This document shows, piece by piece, positions 38,454 through 47,909 of a DNA stretch of 64,000 nt. Source of the DNA: an uncultured bacterium. GTDB taxonomy: Bacteria > Planctomycetota > UBA1135 > GCA-002686595. Where the stretch lies: assembly GCA_943787795.1 (NCBI GenBank), contig CALSNU010000001.1:928001-992000 (forward strand). The letters run 5' to 3'. The notes below the pieces were generated by a model. It saw only the letters and a list, made by a program, of their open reading frames with translations. It did no database searches and was not told the origin of the DNA. Position numbers and translations under genes: made by a program. The number at the start of each line of letters is the position of its first letter. Position 1 is the stretch's first letter.

Positions 38454-41400
38454 TGCTCAGGCGCTTCCTGCCCCTGCTCGCGCTGCTGGTCCTCTCGATC
38501 GCGACGCTCCTCGCCCGGCTCTGGGATGTCCAGGTGGTCCAGCACGACGTCTGGGCGACCGAGGCGGCCAACATCGTGCGCTCCTACGGGATCGAGCCCT
38601 ACCGGCGGGGAGCGATCCTGGATCGCAACGGCGAGGTCATCGTCCAGGACGAGAAGCGATACGTGCTGGAGTTCATCTGGCGCGACTTCCGCCGCAGCCA
38701 CCCCCTCGGCCAGCTCGCCATGCTGCGCTCCCTCGCGATGGCGCGCCCCGTCGGGCTGGACGAGGCGCGCCGAAGCCCGGTCCGGGCAGCGCGGGCCTAC
38801 ACCCTGCTCTCGCCCGAAGACCTGCTGCGCTTCGCGCGCGGCGGAAAGCTCGAGGCGGACCTCGACTATGTCCCGGCCCTCGCAGCGGAGACAGAAGAGG
38901 GGCGCAAGGACGAGGCCGGGCGGGCGCGACGGCGCTCCCGGGCGGGCGACATGCGGTTCTACATCCTGAGGCTCCTCGAGCTGTCGCCGCGGGAGGCGAA
39001 GGAGCTGGCGGAGCTCGTGGAGGAGGAAGACTGCGGCGACCTCTCCTACGTGCAGCTCGCGGGGCTCATCAAGGATGAGTCCACGGACGACATTCTCCGG
39101 CGGCTCGAGCGTGACGTGAGGGTGCGCGACGAGCAGCTCACGCGCCTCGCGCAGCTGATCCAGTGGGAGTCCTCGGATGGACTGGTGGACGACGGTGACC
39201 GCCTCGTGGCGCTCATCGAGGAGCGGCGCCGCGCGGTGGATGATGAGACCGCGGACGCGCTCTTCCGGATCGCGCTCGGATTCTCTCCCGTGCGCTTGAA
39301 CGAGACCAACCTCGCCGCGATCGATCTCTCCTGGCTGCTCTCTGCCCTGGACTGGGATCGGACCCGGTTGGAGGAGTGGCGGCGTTCCAGGGGCACGGCC
39401 TTCGTCAACTCCACCCGGGCTGGCTTTGTCATCGCGCGTTCCAAGCCGTTCCTGGGAGCAGCCCGCGAGCCAGGTGACCAGGCCGCAGGGGATCGTTTCG
39501 TCTCTGCGCTGGCCCACTCGTTCCGGGCGGATCCGGACGGCTGGGAGGCGCGCCATCCGATGCCGGAGGATTGGCGAGACGTCGACCGTTTCCAGGTGCT
39601 TGACGGGCTCTCGGGCCGCCTCGCTGGCGCGCCGATCGACGAGACCGAGGCCCAGCAGGGGATCTTCAGCTTCCAGGACGGTGGGCTCAGGGAGCTCGAC
39701 ACCCGGGACGAAGCCCTGCTCTTGTCGCTGCTGGGGGACTCACTCGGCAGCGTCCGCTCCGCGGGGACTTCCGCTGGGCTCGCGAGCGAGCTGGTCGCGC
39801 TGGCAAGGAACGCTCGGGGAGAGTGGCAGGCCGATGACGCGGAGCTCGTGGAGGACCTGCTCGGGCTGATGCACGTCAGGTTCCAGCGCCGCATCGCCGA
39901 GGTGTTCGCGCGCTCTGCGGGCGGGGCCCTCGAGCCGGGGTCGGTTCGGGTCGCCGCGCCGTGGATCGAGCGGGCGCTCGAGACCCGGCGCTACGTGGTC
40001 CGTGACCGCGGGGCGCGTCCCAAGAAGGTGGGTCAGGACCCCAGCATCGACCTGGTCCTGCTGGTCACGCGCTACAGGGAGGAGTTCGCGGGGTTCCGCG
40101 CTCGGGCTCAGACCTCGCGGGTCGCGGTGGCGACCACGGTGGACAGTGAGCTACCGGTGGCCTCCAAGCTGATCGGCAAGGTGCGCAGCCCCTTCCTCGT
40201 GGATGTCCTCCAGCAGCGAGCCAAGGCGGAGCGGCTGATTGACCTCCAGCGCAAGCGGCGGCTGCCGGAGGAGGACGCCGCGGAGATCCTCGCGCTGGTG
40301 GACGCCACGAGGCGCGCCGGGGAGACGGTCGGGGGCAGCGGTCTCGAGGCCTGGCTGGACCGGGAGCTCTCCGGGAAGTCTGGATACCACGAGGTTCAGG
40401 GGCTCCAGGACCGAGTCGAGGGCAACCGCACGCCGATCTACCGCGGTGCGCTGGACGGGCTGGACGTGAAGCTGACGCTCGACGTTGACCTCCAGCGAGC
40501 CGCGGAGGCGACGCTCCTCGATCCCGGGCCGTTCCCGCCAGAGGGGCTCCGACGCTTGGACAATACGCTGGACCGCAAGTACGACCAGCGCTGGTTGGAA
40601 TCACCGGTCGGGGCCATCGTGCTCGCGTCCGTGAACGGAGACGTTCTCGCGGCGGCCTCGGTCCCGGTCGTCCCGGTCGACGAGGAGCACCTCTCTGCTC
40701 AGGCCCTCCGGTGGCTGGGGTTCACAGATCGGGAGGCTCTGACGGCGCCGGATCGGACGCTCACGCGTCCCAAGGCCCAGGCGCCGGGTTCGGTGGTCAA
40801 GCCGCTGCTGGCGGCGTACGCGCTTGAGCACCTCGGCCTCGACCCGAACGAGGTCCTCCAGGCCTGCCACGTCGACCTGCCGCGCGCGGGGACCCGCCCG
40901 AAGGAGAGCGGTTCCCCGGGCTACGGTCAGGTCAATTGCAGCGCCCCCTATGGGCACGGGGAGGTTGACCTCCCTGAGGCGCTGATGAAGTCGTGCAACG
41001 TCTACTTCGCGGCGCTCGGCGAGCGGGTCTACATGCCGGGGTCCATGCGAGCGGCGTACCGGAGTTTTGGATTTGGTGAGCCCACAGGCGTTCGCTTCGA
41101 TGACAACGGGAGCCGCAGCGGGCTGGTGGATAGCTACCGCATGGACCCGAGCGGTCCCATGGGCGACGACGCCCCCGTGGACCGAATCCACGCGGTCGTA
41201 CGCCAGTTCCTCGGCAACGGGCTGACCCATGTGGACGCCAGCGTGATGCAGGTCGCGCGGGCCTACGCGGGCCTCGCGACGGGGTCGCTCCCCCGCATGC
41301 GGCTCGTGCAGCAAGTCGGAGAGAAGGAGTTGCCCGCCGAGGGCCTGGACCTCGGCATCGGCCCCGAGCACCTCACGATCGTCCATGACGCCCTGGAGAC

Positions 41401-41785
41401 CGTGGTCGGCCGCCTCGGGTCTGCGAAGGATGCCGGACTGACGGCCTCCGGCCTTGGCTTTCGGCTCGCCGCCAAGACAGGGAGCGCGGACTACCGCACT
41501 GGGCACGTCCCGCCCCCGAATGAACCCGACGCCCCGCTCGAAGCCTACGACGAGGATGGAGTTCGAAAGCACACTTGGCTCGCGGGCTGGTTCCCTGCGG
41601 AGGAGCCGCGCTTTGTCATCACCGTCTACGTGCACGATACGAGCGCGACGGCGAGCCACTCCGCGGCCTATGTCGCACGGAAGTTCCTTCGCTCCGAGGC
41701 GGTGCAGGACCTGATGGAGGCGACCTTTCCTCCGGCGGTTGGGACAGCGGTCGATGCGAGCGCTGAGCGGGAGGAGGGACGATGA
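38453..41785 (+). CDS. mrdA: Class B penicillin-binding protein (PBP2/MrdA-like), 1110 aa with a large insertion
   Basis: RRGAILDRNG, GSGLE, LTLDVDLQ; transpeptidase motifs PGSVVK (SxxK), SCN (SxN) and KTG. ATG overlaps the mreD stop. Confidence 0.88.
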   Translation: MLRRFLPLLALLVLSIATLLARLWDVQVVQHDVWATEAANIVRSYGIEPYRRGAILDRNGEVIVQDEKRYVLEFIWRDFRRSHPLGQLAMLRSLAMARPVGLDEARRSPVRAARAYTLLSPEDLLRFARGGKLEADLDYVPALAAETEEGRKDEAGRARRRSRAGDMRFYILRLLELSPREAKELAELVEEEDCGDLSYVQLAGLIKDESTDDILRRLERDVRVRDEQLTRLAQLIQWESSDGLVDDGDRLVALIEERRRAVDDETADALFRIALGFSPVRLNETNLAAIDLSWLLSALDWDRTRLEEWRRSRGTAFVNSTRAGFVIARSKPFLGAAREPGDQAAGDRFVSALAHSFRADPDGWEARHPMPEDWRDVDRFQVLDGLSGRLAGAPIDETEAQQGIFSFQDGGLRELDTRDEALLLSLLGDSLGSVRSAGTSAGLASELVALARNARGEWQADDAELVEDLLGLMHVRFQRRIAEVFARSAGGALEPGSVRVAAPWIERALETRRYVVRDRGARPKKVGQDPSIDLVLLVTRYREEFAGFRARAQTSRVAVATTVDSELPVASKLIGKVRSPFLVDVLQQRAKAERLIDLQRKRRLPEEDAAEILALVDATRRAGETVGGSGLEAWLDRELSGKSGYHEVQGLQDRVEGNRTPIYRGALDGLDVKLTLDVDLQRAAEATLLDPGPFPPEGLRRLDNTLDRKYDQRWLESPVGAIVLASVNGDVLAAASVPVVPVDEEHLSAQALRWLGFTDREALTAPDRTLTRPKAQAPGSVVKPLLAAYALEHLGLDPNEVLQACHVDLPRAGTRPKESGSPGYGQVNCSAPYGHGEVDLPEALMKSCNVYFAALGERVYMPGSMRAAYRSFGFGEPTGVRFDDNGSRSGLVDSYRMDPSGPMGDDAPVDRIHAVVRQFLGNGLTHVDASVMQVARAYAGLATGSLPRMRLVQQVGEKELPAEGLDLGIGPEHLTIVHDALETVVGRLGSAKDAGLTASGLGFRLAAKTGSADYRTGHVPPPNEPDAPLEAYDEDGVRKHTWLAGWFPAEEPRFVITVYVHDTSATASHSAAYVARKFLRSEAVQDLMEATFPPAVGTAVDASAEREEGR

Positions 41786-42966
41786 TCGACGCGATCCGCG
41801 GCGCCTTCAGTCGCATTGTCTCCACGGGCCACGTGCGCTGGTCCGAGTTCGCGTGGCCCGTCCTGCTGCTGGCCGCGGGATTGCTCGCCGCGGGGATGAC
41901 GTTCATCTCGGTCATGGCGGCCTCGGCGAGCAACCCCGAGCTGGGGGGCGTCGATTACGAGGGCCACCGCCAGAAGATCCTGGTGGCGTTGCCTGTGTTC
42001 TTCGCAGGCCTCTTCCTTCGACCGAGTTGGCTCAAGCGGAACGCCGCGTTGATCTACTCGGGGTGTCTCGTCCTCCTGGCTCTGGTGCCGTGGATCGGGG
42101 ATGAGCGGAACAATGCAAGGCGCTGGATCCAGCTGCCCAAGTTCGACCTGCAGCCGAGCGAGCTCGCCAAGATCGGGGTCATCCTCATGCTCGCCAGGGT
42201 GCTCCACGAGAACCCCCTGAAGACCGGGCGAGACTGGCTGAAGCCGATGCTGGTGACGGCGGTCCCCATGCTGCTCGTCGCCGCGCAGCCGGACCTCGGG
42301 ACGGCGCTGACCCTGGTGCCGGTGCTGGGGGGGCTGCTCTACCTCGCGGGGGGGAGTGGCCGGGCGCTCTGCGCTCTCGGCCTCGCCGGGATCGCCGCCG
42401 GGGTCGGGGTCTGGCAGAGCGGCCACGTGCAGTCCTACCAGCTCGAGCGGATCGAGACCTGGGTCGAGTCCTTTGACGACCGGGAGCTGATCGCGTCGCG
42501 CAATGGCCTCGGCTTTCACACCTATCACGCGCGGACCTTCACCGGGAACGGAGGCCTCTACGGGCGGGGGCTAGGCGAGGGGGTCGCCAATGAGACGGGC
42601 CTCTTGCCGGAGCGTGACTCGGACTCAATCATCGCGGTGATCGGTGAGGAGTGGGGCTTCGCGGGGACGGCGCTGGTGATCGTCCTCTACGGGCTGATGG
42701 TCGGGCTGCTCATGCTCCACGCCGCCGGGCTCCGGGATCGGTTCTCCAGGCTCGTCGTGGGGGGCGTGGCGATCTACTTCGCCGCGCACCTGTTCATCAA
42801 CGTCTCCGTCAATCTCGGTCTGCTGCCGATGACGGGGCTCACGCTGCCGCTGTTCTCCACCGGCGGCTCCTCGCTCCTCGCGACCTTCCTCGCCCTCGGT
42901 CTGGCGCTCGGGCTCTCGTCCCATCACGAGCGCAGCCTGGGTGGCGACGCCTTCCGGCGGTACTGA
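41782..42966 (+). CDS. rodA: SEDS peptidoglycan glycosyltransferase RodA
   Basis: ARRWI, QPSELAK, QPDLGT, LPERDSD...GEEWGF, PMTGLTLPLFSTGGSS. Confidence 0.94.
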   Translation: MIDAIRGAFSRIVSTGHVRWSEFAWPVLLLAAGLLAAGMTFISVMAASASNPELGGVDYEGHRQKILVALPVFFAGLFLRPSWLKRNAALIYSGCLVLLALVPWIGDERNNARRWIQLPKFDLQPSELAKIGVILMLARVLHENPLKTGRDWLKPMLVTAVPMLLVAAQPDLGTALTLVPVLGGLLYLAGGSGRALCALGLAGIAAGVGVWQSGHVQSYQLERIETWVESFDDRELIASRNGLGFHTYHARTFTGNGGLYGRGLGEGVANETGLLPERDSDSIIAVIGEEWGFAGTALVIVLYGLMVGLLMLHAAGLRDRFSRLVVGGVAIYFAAHLFINVSVNLGLLPMTGLTLPLFSTGGSSLLATFLALGLALGLSSHHERSLGGDAFRRY

Positions 42967-43041
42967 CGAGAGCGTCGATGGGCCCCTGACGGCGTCCGTC
43001 AAGGGCCCGATGGAGCGGGACCGCGCCGCGCACCGCGGGGC

Positions 43042-46000
43042 TCAGGACAACAGGAACTGCAGGTCGTCCGAGTCGAGATCCGAGAGCGACGACGCCGCCC
43101 CGCCGAGCACCAGCGAGGACAGGTCGCGCTTCTTCTCCTGGAGCTCAAGGACTCGATCCTCGATCGTGTCGCTGGCGATCATCCGGTAGACGTGCACCGG
43201 GTGCTCACGGCCGATGCGGTGGGCGCGGTCGATGGCCTGGGCCTCGACGGCGGGGTTCCACCAGGGGTCGAGCAGGAAGACGTAGTCGGCGGCGGTGAGG
43301 TTGAGGCCCGTCCCGCCGGCCTTGAGGCTGACGAGGAAGAGGGGCACCTCGGGGTCTTGCTGGAAGGCGTTGACCTCGGCCTCGCGCTTGCGCGTGCTGC
43401 CGTCCAGGTAGGAGTAGCGCAGGCCCTTGGCGTCCAGGGCGGCCCGGACGATGCCCAGGAACCCGGTGAACTGCGAGAAGATGAGGGCCTTGTGCCCCTG
43501 GTCCACGAGCTCCTCCACGAGGGGGAGCAGGACGTCCAGTTTGGCGGAGGACTCTCCCTGGCGGGTGGGGTCGATGAGGCCGGGGTGGCACGAGGTCTGC
43601 CGCAGGCGCAGCAGGGCCTTGAGGACCTCGACGCCGCCGCGGGAACCCGCGGCCGCGAAGCTCGAGCGGTAGTGTTGGCGGATCTCGTCGTAGTCCTGGC
43701 GCTGCTTGCCGTCGAGGGTGCACTCGAGGACCTGCTCGGTCTTGGGCGGCAGGTCGTCCAGCACCTCGTCCTTGGTCCGGCGGAGCAGGAACGGCCGCAC
43801 AGCGCGCACCAGGATGTCCCGTGACTCGTCGTCGAGTCTGGCGGAGCGGCCCTTGGCCCGCAGGCGCTGGCCGAGCCGCGTCCCCTCCAGGGTCCCGGGG
43901 TTCAGGAACTCAAGCAGCGAGCCAAGCTCACCGAGGTGGTTCTCCACCGGGGTACCGGAGAGGGCGAGACGCTGGCGGGCCTTCAGGCCGCGTGCCGCCG
44001 CGGCCGTCTGGCTCGCGGCGTTCTTGATCGCCTGGGCCTCATCGAGGACCACGAGGTCGAAGTCGATCTGGGCCAGCTCGGCCTGGTCGCGGCGGAGCGT
44101 GCCGTAGGTGGTGAGCAGGATGTCCGGGGACTCCGCGCTGTCGAGGGCCTCCAGGCGGTTGGCGCCCGTGTAATTCACGACCCCGAGGTCCGGGGCGAAG
44201 CGCTTGGCCTCGGCCCGCCAGTTGAAGATGACCGACCGCGGCGCGATGACGAGGGACGGCCGCCGCTCCTCGGAGAGGCGGGTTCGGTGGAGCAGATAGG
44301 CGAGGATCTGGACCGTCTTACCGAGGCCCATGTCGTCGGCCAGGCAGCCGCCGAGACCCAGGTCGCTCAGCTGCTTGAGCCAGCCGAGGCCCTCGCGCTG
44401 GTAGGGGCGTAGCTCGCCCACGAAGGACTCCGGCTCGTCCATGGGGACGGGGGAGGAGGCCTCGCTCAGGAGGGAGCGCAGGTCGGCGAAGGGCTCGTCC
44501 ATCTCCACCGCGTCCATGGACGCCTGGCGCTCGAGCAGCGCCGAGAGGACCCACCCCTGCTCCTTGCTGAAGCGGACCTTGCCGTCCTCGGTTTGCCCGA
44601 CCTCGAGGAGCTTCCAGCGGGACGCCCAGTCCTTCGGGAGCAGGCCGCGGGACCCGTCGGGCAGGGTGACGAACTTGGCGCCGCGGTCCGCCGCCGCGAG
44701 GAGCGCGGGGAACGGGACCTCTTGCCCCTCGAAGGACACGTGACCGTCCAGGTCGAACCAGTCGATGCCGGACTGCACGGAGGCCGCGGAGCCGGTGCTG
44801 GAGCGCACGCTCTTGCCGTCCGCCTCCACGTCCCAGCCCTCGGAGAGGAGCCGTGCGATCAGGAACTCGATGTCCTTGGCGGGTACCCGGGCCGTGGCGA
44901 TCTCCTCTTCGGGGTCGAGCTTTCGGCTCCCGCCCGCGTCGAGGAAGGTCCGCAGCGCGGCTCGCTCCCCCTCGAGGTCTCGGGAGAAGACCTGGCCGGC
45001 CTCGTCCTCGAGGGACCAGCCGTAGGTGTCCGCGGCCACTCGCCGGGATCCGTACACGAACGTGATGTCGGCCTCGAGCATCTTGGAGCTGCCCTCCTCC
45101 TCTTCGGGCAGCCGCACGACCAGCAGGGGGGTCACCTTCGGACCGGTCTGGATGGAGCCTGGCGCCATGACCTGGTTGCCAAGCTGGGCCAGGGCGCGTC
45201 GCAGCCGCGACTCGCCCCCCGCGGGCGTCTTGAGCTCGCCGCGTTGACGGAGGACCGCGGTCACCGGCGCCGCGGCCATGGGCTCGAGCCGCGACAGGGC
45301 TCCGTTGATGATCAGGTGCCCGTCGGCGGAGACCATGGCGACCTCCGAGAGCTGGAGGTGCTCATCGCCTCGGTCGAGGTGGCCGGTCAGGATCAGGGGC
45401 TCGTCCTCGCCGCCGTCGCGGCCCAGGGAGAGCCGCACCTTCCAGGGGTGATCCAGCTCGTTGCTGAGCGGGGCCGGGAGGCTGCCGCCGTCGGGATCCT
45501 CGGAGCTGGAGGGCGCCAGGAACAGGCGCTCGGTGTCCACGAGGACGCGCATGGCCGCCTCGGTACCCGGCCCGCCCAGGTGCCAGGTCTCGGGTGGAGC
45601 CTCGTAGCCGGTGACCGCACGGCCGCGGCCCCCGGGGCCGTCGAGGAGCGCGACGATCTCGATGTCCTCGCTGCGCGACATGCGCACGTCGTCCCAGTCC
45701 TTTCGGCCGATCTCGAGGGCTGCGCCCCAGGACCCGTCGGCGCGGCGGCGGCGACGGCGGATCGAGATCGAGAATCCTGCGGTGGCCCCCGGAGAGGGGA
45801 TGGTCAGGGCGTATTCGATGCGGAGGAAGGCCTCCCGTTCGAGGGCCTCCCAGGGGCTCGCACCCTCCTCGACGCCCGCAGCCTCGACCACCGCGTCCAG
45901 GAAGTCCCGGCGCTCGCGGTCGTCCTTGCGGACCTCCGTCCGCTCGGCGCGCCAGCCGCCGAGCCCCATCTGGCGGGCGGCGACCACGAGGGCCGCCCAG

Positions 46001-46455
46001 ACGTGGCGGCATCCGCCTTCGATGGCGAAGCGGTCGCAGGAGCACTCAGCGTCCACGAGGCCGCCCCGGCCGACCCGTACGGCGAAGGGCTCGTCCCGGT
46101 CGGTCACCGAGACGGAGAACCCGCGGGTCTCCAGCTGGATCTTGCCCACGAGGTCGCGCCGGGCGAGGCCCTCGCCTCGACCACGCTCGACCCCCTTGAG
46201 ACCCCGCAGCATGGCCTGACGGGTGTCCTGAACGATGGCTCGGAGCTCATCGCTCAGGTTCAGGCTCTCCACGACCTCCGCCAGGGACCCTTCCCCGCCC
46301 TGAGTGTCCCCGCCTTGGGATTCCTCACCCTGGGCTTGGCCCCCCTCGGCTTCGCCGCTCGCCATGTCGGGCGAGGGGGCTGGGTCCAGGGGGGGCTCGT
46401 GCTCGCGTGAGTCCGAGTCGGGGTTCACGGTGGCGTCGCCGGAGTCACTGTTCAT
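43042..46455 (-). CDS. SWIM zinc-finger SNF2-family helicase (paralog A)
   Basis: CSC...CRH SWIM motif; LRPYQ, LADDMGLGKT, DEAQ, SGTPVEN, DPWWNPAVEAQAIDRAHRIG. Confidence 0.95.
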   Translation of the reverse strand: MNSDSGDATVNPDSDSREHEPPLDPAPSPDMASGEAEGGQAQGEESQGGDTQGGEGSLAEVVESLNLSDELRAIVQDTRQAMLRGLKGVERGRGEGLARRDLVGKIQLETRGFSVSVTDRDEPFAVRVGRGGLVDAECSCDRFAIEGGCRHVWAALVVAARQMGLGGWRAERTEVRKDDRERRDFLDAVVEAAGVEEGASPWEALEREAFLRIEYALTIPSPGATAGFSISIRRRRRRADGSWGAALEIGRKDWDDVRMSRSEDIEIVALLDGPGGRGRAVTGYEAPPETWHLGGPGTEAAMRVLVDTERLFLAPSSSEDPDGGSLPAPLSNELDHPWKVRLSLGRDGGEDEPLILTGHLDRGDEHLQLSEVAMVSADGHLIINGALSRLEPMAAAPVTAVLRQRGELKTPAGGESRLRRALAQLGNQVMAPGSIQTGPKVTPLLVVRLPEEEEGSSKMLEADITFVYGSRRVAADTYGWSLEDEAGQVFSRDLEGERAALRTFLDAGGSRKLDPEEEIATARVPAKDIEFLIARLLSEGWDVEADGKSVRSSTGSAASVQSGIDWFDLDGHVSFEGQEVPFPALLAAADRGAKFVTLPDGSRGLLPKDWASRWKLLEVGQTEDGKVRFSKEQGWVLSALLERQASMDAVEMDEPFADLRSLLSEASSPVPMDEPESFVGELRPYQREGLGWLKQLSDLGLGGCLADDMGLGKTVQILAYLLHRTRLSEERRPSLVIAPRSVIFNWRAEAKRFAPDLGVVNYTGANRLEALDSAESPDILLTTYGTLRRDQAELAQIDFDLVVLDEAQAIKNAASQTAAAARGLKARQRLALSGTPVENHLGELGSLLEFLNPGTLEGTRLGQRLRAKGRSARLDDESRDILVRAVRPFLLRRTKDEVLDDLPPKTEQVLECTLDGKQRQDYDEIRQHYRSSFAAAGSRGGVEVLKALLRLRQTSCHPGLIDPTRQGESSAKLDVLLPLVEELVDQGHKALIFSQFTGFLGIVRAALDAKGLRYSYLDGSTRKREAEVNAFQQDPEVPLFLVSLKAGGTGLNLTAADYVFLLDPWWNPAVEAQAIDRAHRIGREHPVHVYRMIASDTIEDRVLELQEKKRDLSSLVLGGAASSLSDLDSDDLQFLLS

Positions 46456-46567
46456 GGGTCTTCAGGCCTCGCTGAGGCCGGCCCCACATTCTGGACACTC
46501 TATGACCGCCGAACCATCAAGTTCCCGCGGGAACCAAAGAGCAAATTGATCGGAGGCCCGAGTCACT

Positions 46568-47905
46568 TCAACGCGACCTGGGCTTCCACAGGGCAAACAC
46601 CAGCCAGCCGACGGCGAGCACTCCCACGCCGAGCATCGTGACCTGGGGTCGTGTCACCACGAGGTTGCCCACCACGATGGCCGCGGCGAGCGCAGCGTAG
46701 GTGGCAGGGAACAGGGGGAACCACAGGCTGCGGAACGGCCGGTCGGGACCGAGGCGTTTGGCGAGGGTGATAAGGGCGAGGCCGGCGAGGCCGTGGAAGA
46801 TCCACTCGGCGAAGACCACGGCGCCGGTGAGCGTGTCCACGTGGGCGGCGTCGTAGGCGCTCCACGCCAGATAGAGGAGCACCAGCACGCACTGGGAGAT
46901 CAGGGCCACCACCGGCGCGCCGGTGCGCGGGTGCATCCAGCCGAAGGCCCGCAGGAAGAGCCCCTCCCTCGCCATGGCCACGTAGATGCCCGGGGTGGTG
47001 ATGAGCGTCGCCACCAGGAACCCGAGGGCCGAGATGGCCATGGCGGCGGTGATGAACGTCGCGCCCACGTTGGCGCCCAGGGCGAGCTCGGCCATGCGGT
47101 TGGCCATGGGCTGATCGGACTGGGCGGCCATGCCCCCGATACCGAGGACGCGCAGGTAGGCGAGGTTCACCAGGAGGTAGATCACCGCCACGCCGGCGAC
47201 GCCCATGACAATGGCCCGTGGCAGGTTGTGCTCGGGGTCCTTGACCGCCGGGGCGATGTAGCTGATGAGCTGCCAGCCCCCGTACGAGAACAGCACGCTC
47301 AGGGAGGCCCCGAGCATGCCGTCCACCAGGCCGTCGGAGGTGCGGTCGGCAGCGGCCACGGCCACCGCCTCGGCCGGCTCGGCGAAGAGGGCCAGGCCGA
47401 AGACGATGAACGTCCCCACGGCCGCGATCTTGAGCAGCATGCAGAGGTTCTGGAAGAGCGCCCCGCTCTTCAGCCCCGCCAGCCCGATCCCCGTCACCAG
47501 CAGGACGATGCCCGCAGCCACGGCGAGCTCACCGCCGTCCCCGAGCCCCGCGAGCTCGGCGACCTGCGCCGAGAAGAAGCGGGCCACCAGGGCGCAGGCG
47601 CCGGTGGAGACCACCAGCAGGACCACCCAGGCGAACAGGAACGACGTCCGTGCCCCGAAGGCCTCGCGGAGGAAGACATACCAGCCCCCGGTGCGAGGGT
47701 AGGCCGCCGACAGCTCGGCGAAGGTCATGGCTCCAGAGAGCGCCGCGAGGGCGCCGAGGCCCCACATGGCGAGGTAGGCGCCGGGCTCGGTGACCTCCCG
47801 GGCGATCTCGGGGGGCGTGAAGAAGATCCCGATGCCGAGGATCCCACCCATGACGAGCATGGTGGCGTCGAAGAGGCTGAGCTTGCGGGTCGCGGCGTCC
47901 GTCAT
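46568..47905 (-). CDS. APC-family amino acid permease
   Basis: GGILGIGIFF, FAELSAAYPRTGGWY, FSYGGW; about 12 TM helices. Start at MTDAAT. Confidence 0.92.
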   Translation of the reverse strand: MTDAATRKLSLFDATMLVMGGILGIGIFFTPPEIAREVTEPGAYLAMWGLGALAALSGAMTFAELSAAYPRTGGWYVFLREAFGARTSFLFAWVVLLVVSTGACALVARFFSAQVAELAGLGDGGELAVAAGIVLLVTGIGLAGLKSGALFQNLCMLLKIAAVGTFIVFGLALFAEPAEAVAVAAADRTSDGLVDGMLGASLSVLFSYGGWQLISYIAPAVKDPEHNLPRAIVMGVAGVAVIYLLVNLAYLRVLGIGGMAAQSDQPMANRMAELALGANVGATFITAAMAISALGFLVATLITTPGIYVAMAREGLFLRAFGWMHPRTGAPVVALISQCVLVLLYLAWSAYDAAHVDTLTGAVVFAEWIFHGLAGLALITLAKRLGPDRPFRSLWFPLFPATYAALAAAIVVGNLVVTRPQVTMLGVGVLAVGWLVFALWKPRSR

Positions 47906-47909
47906 GGCA

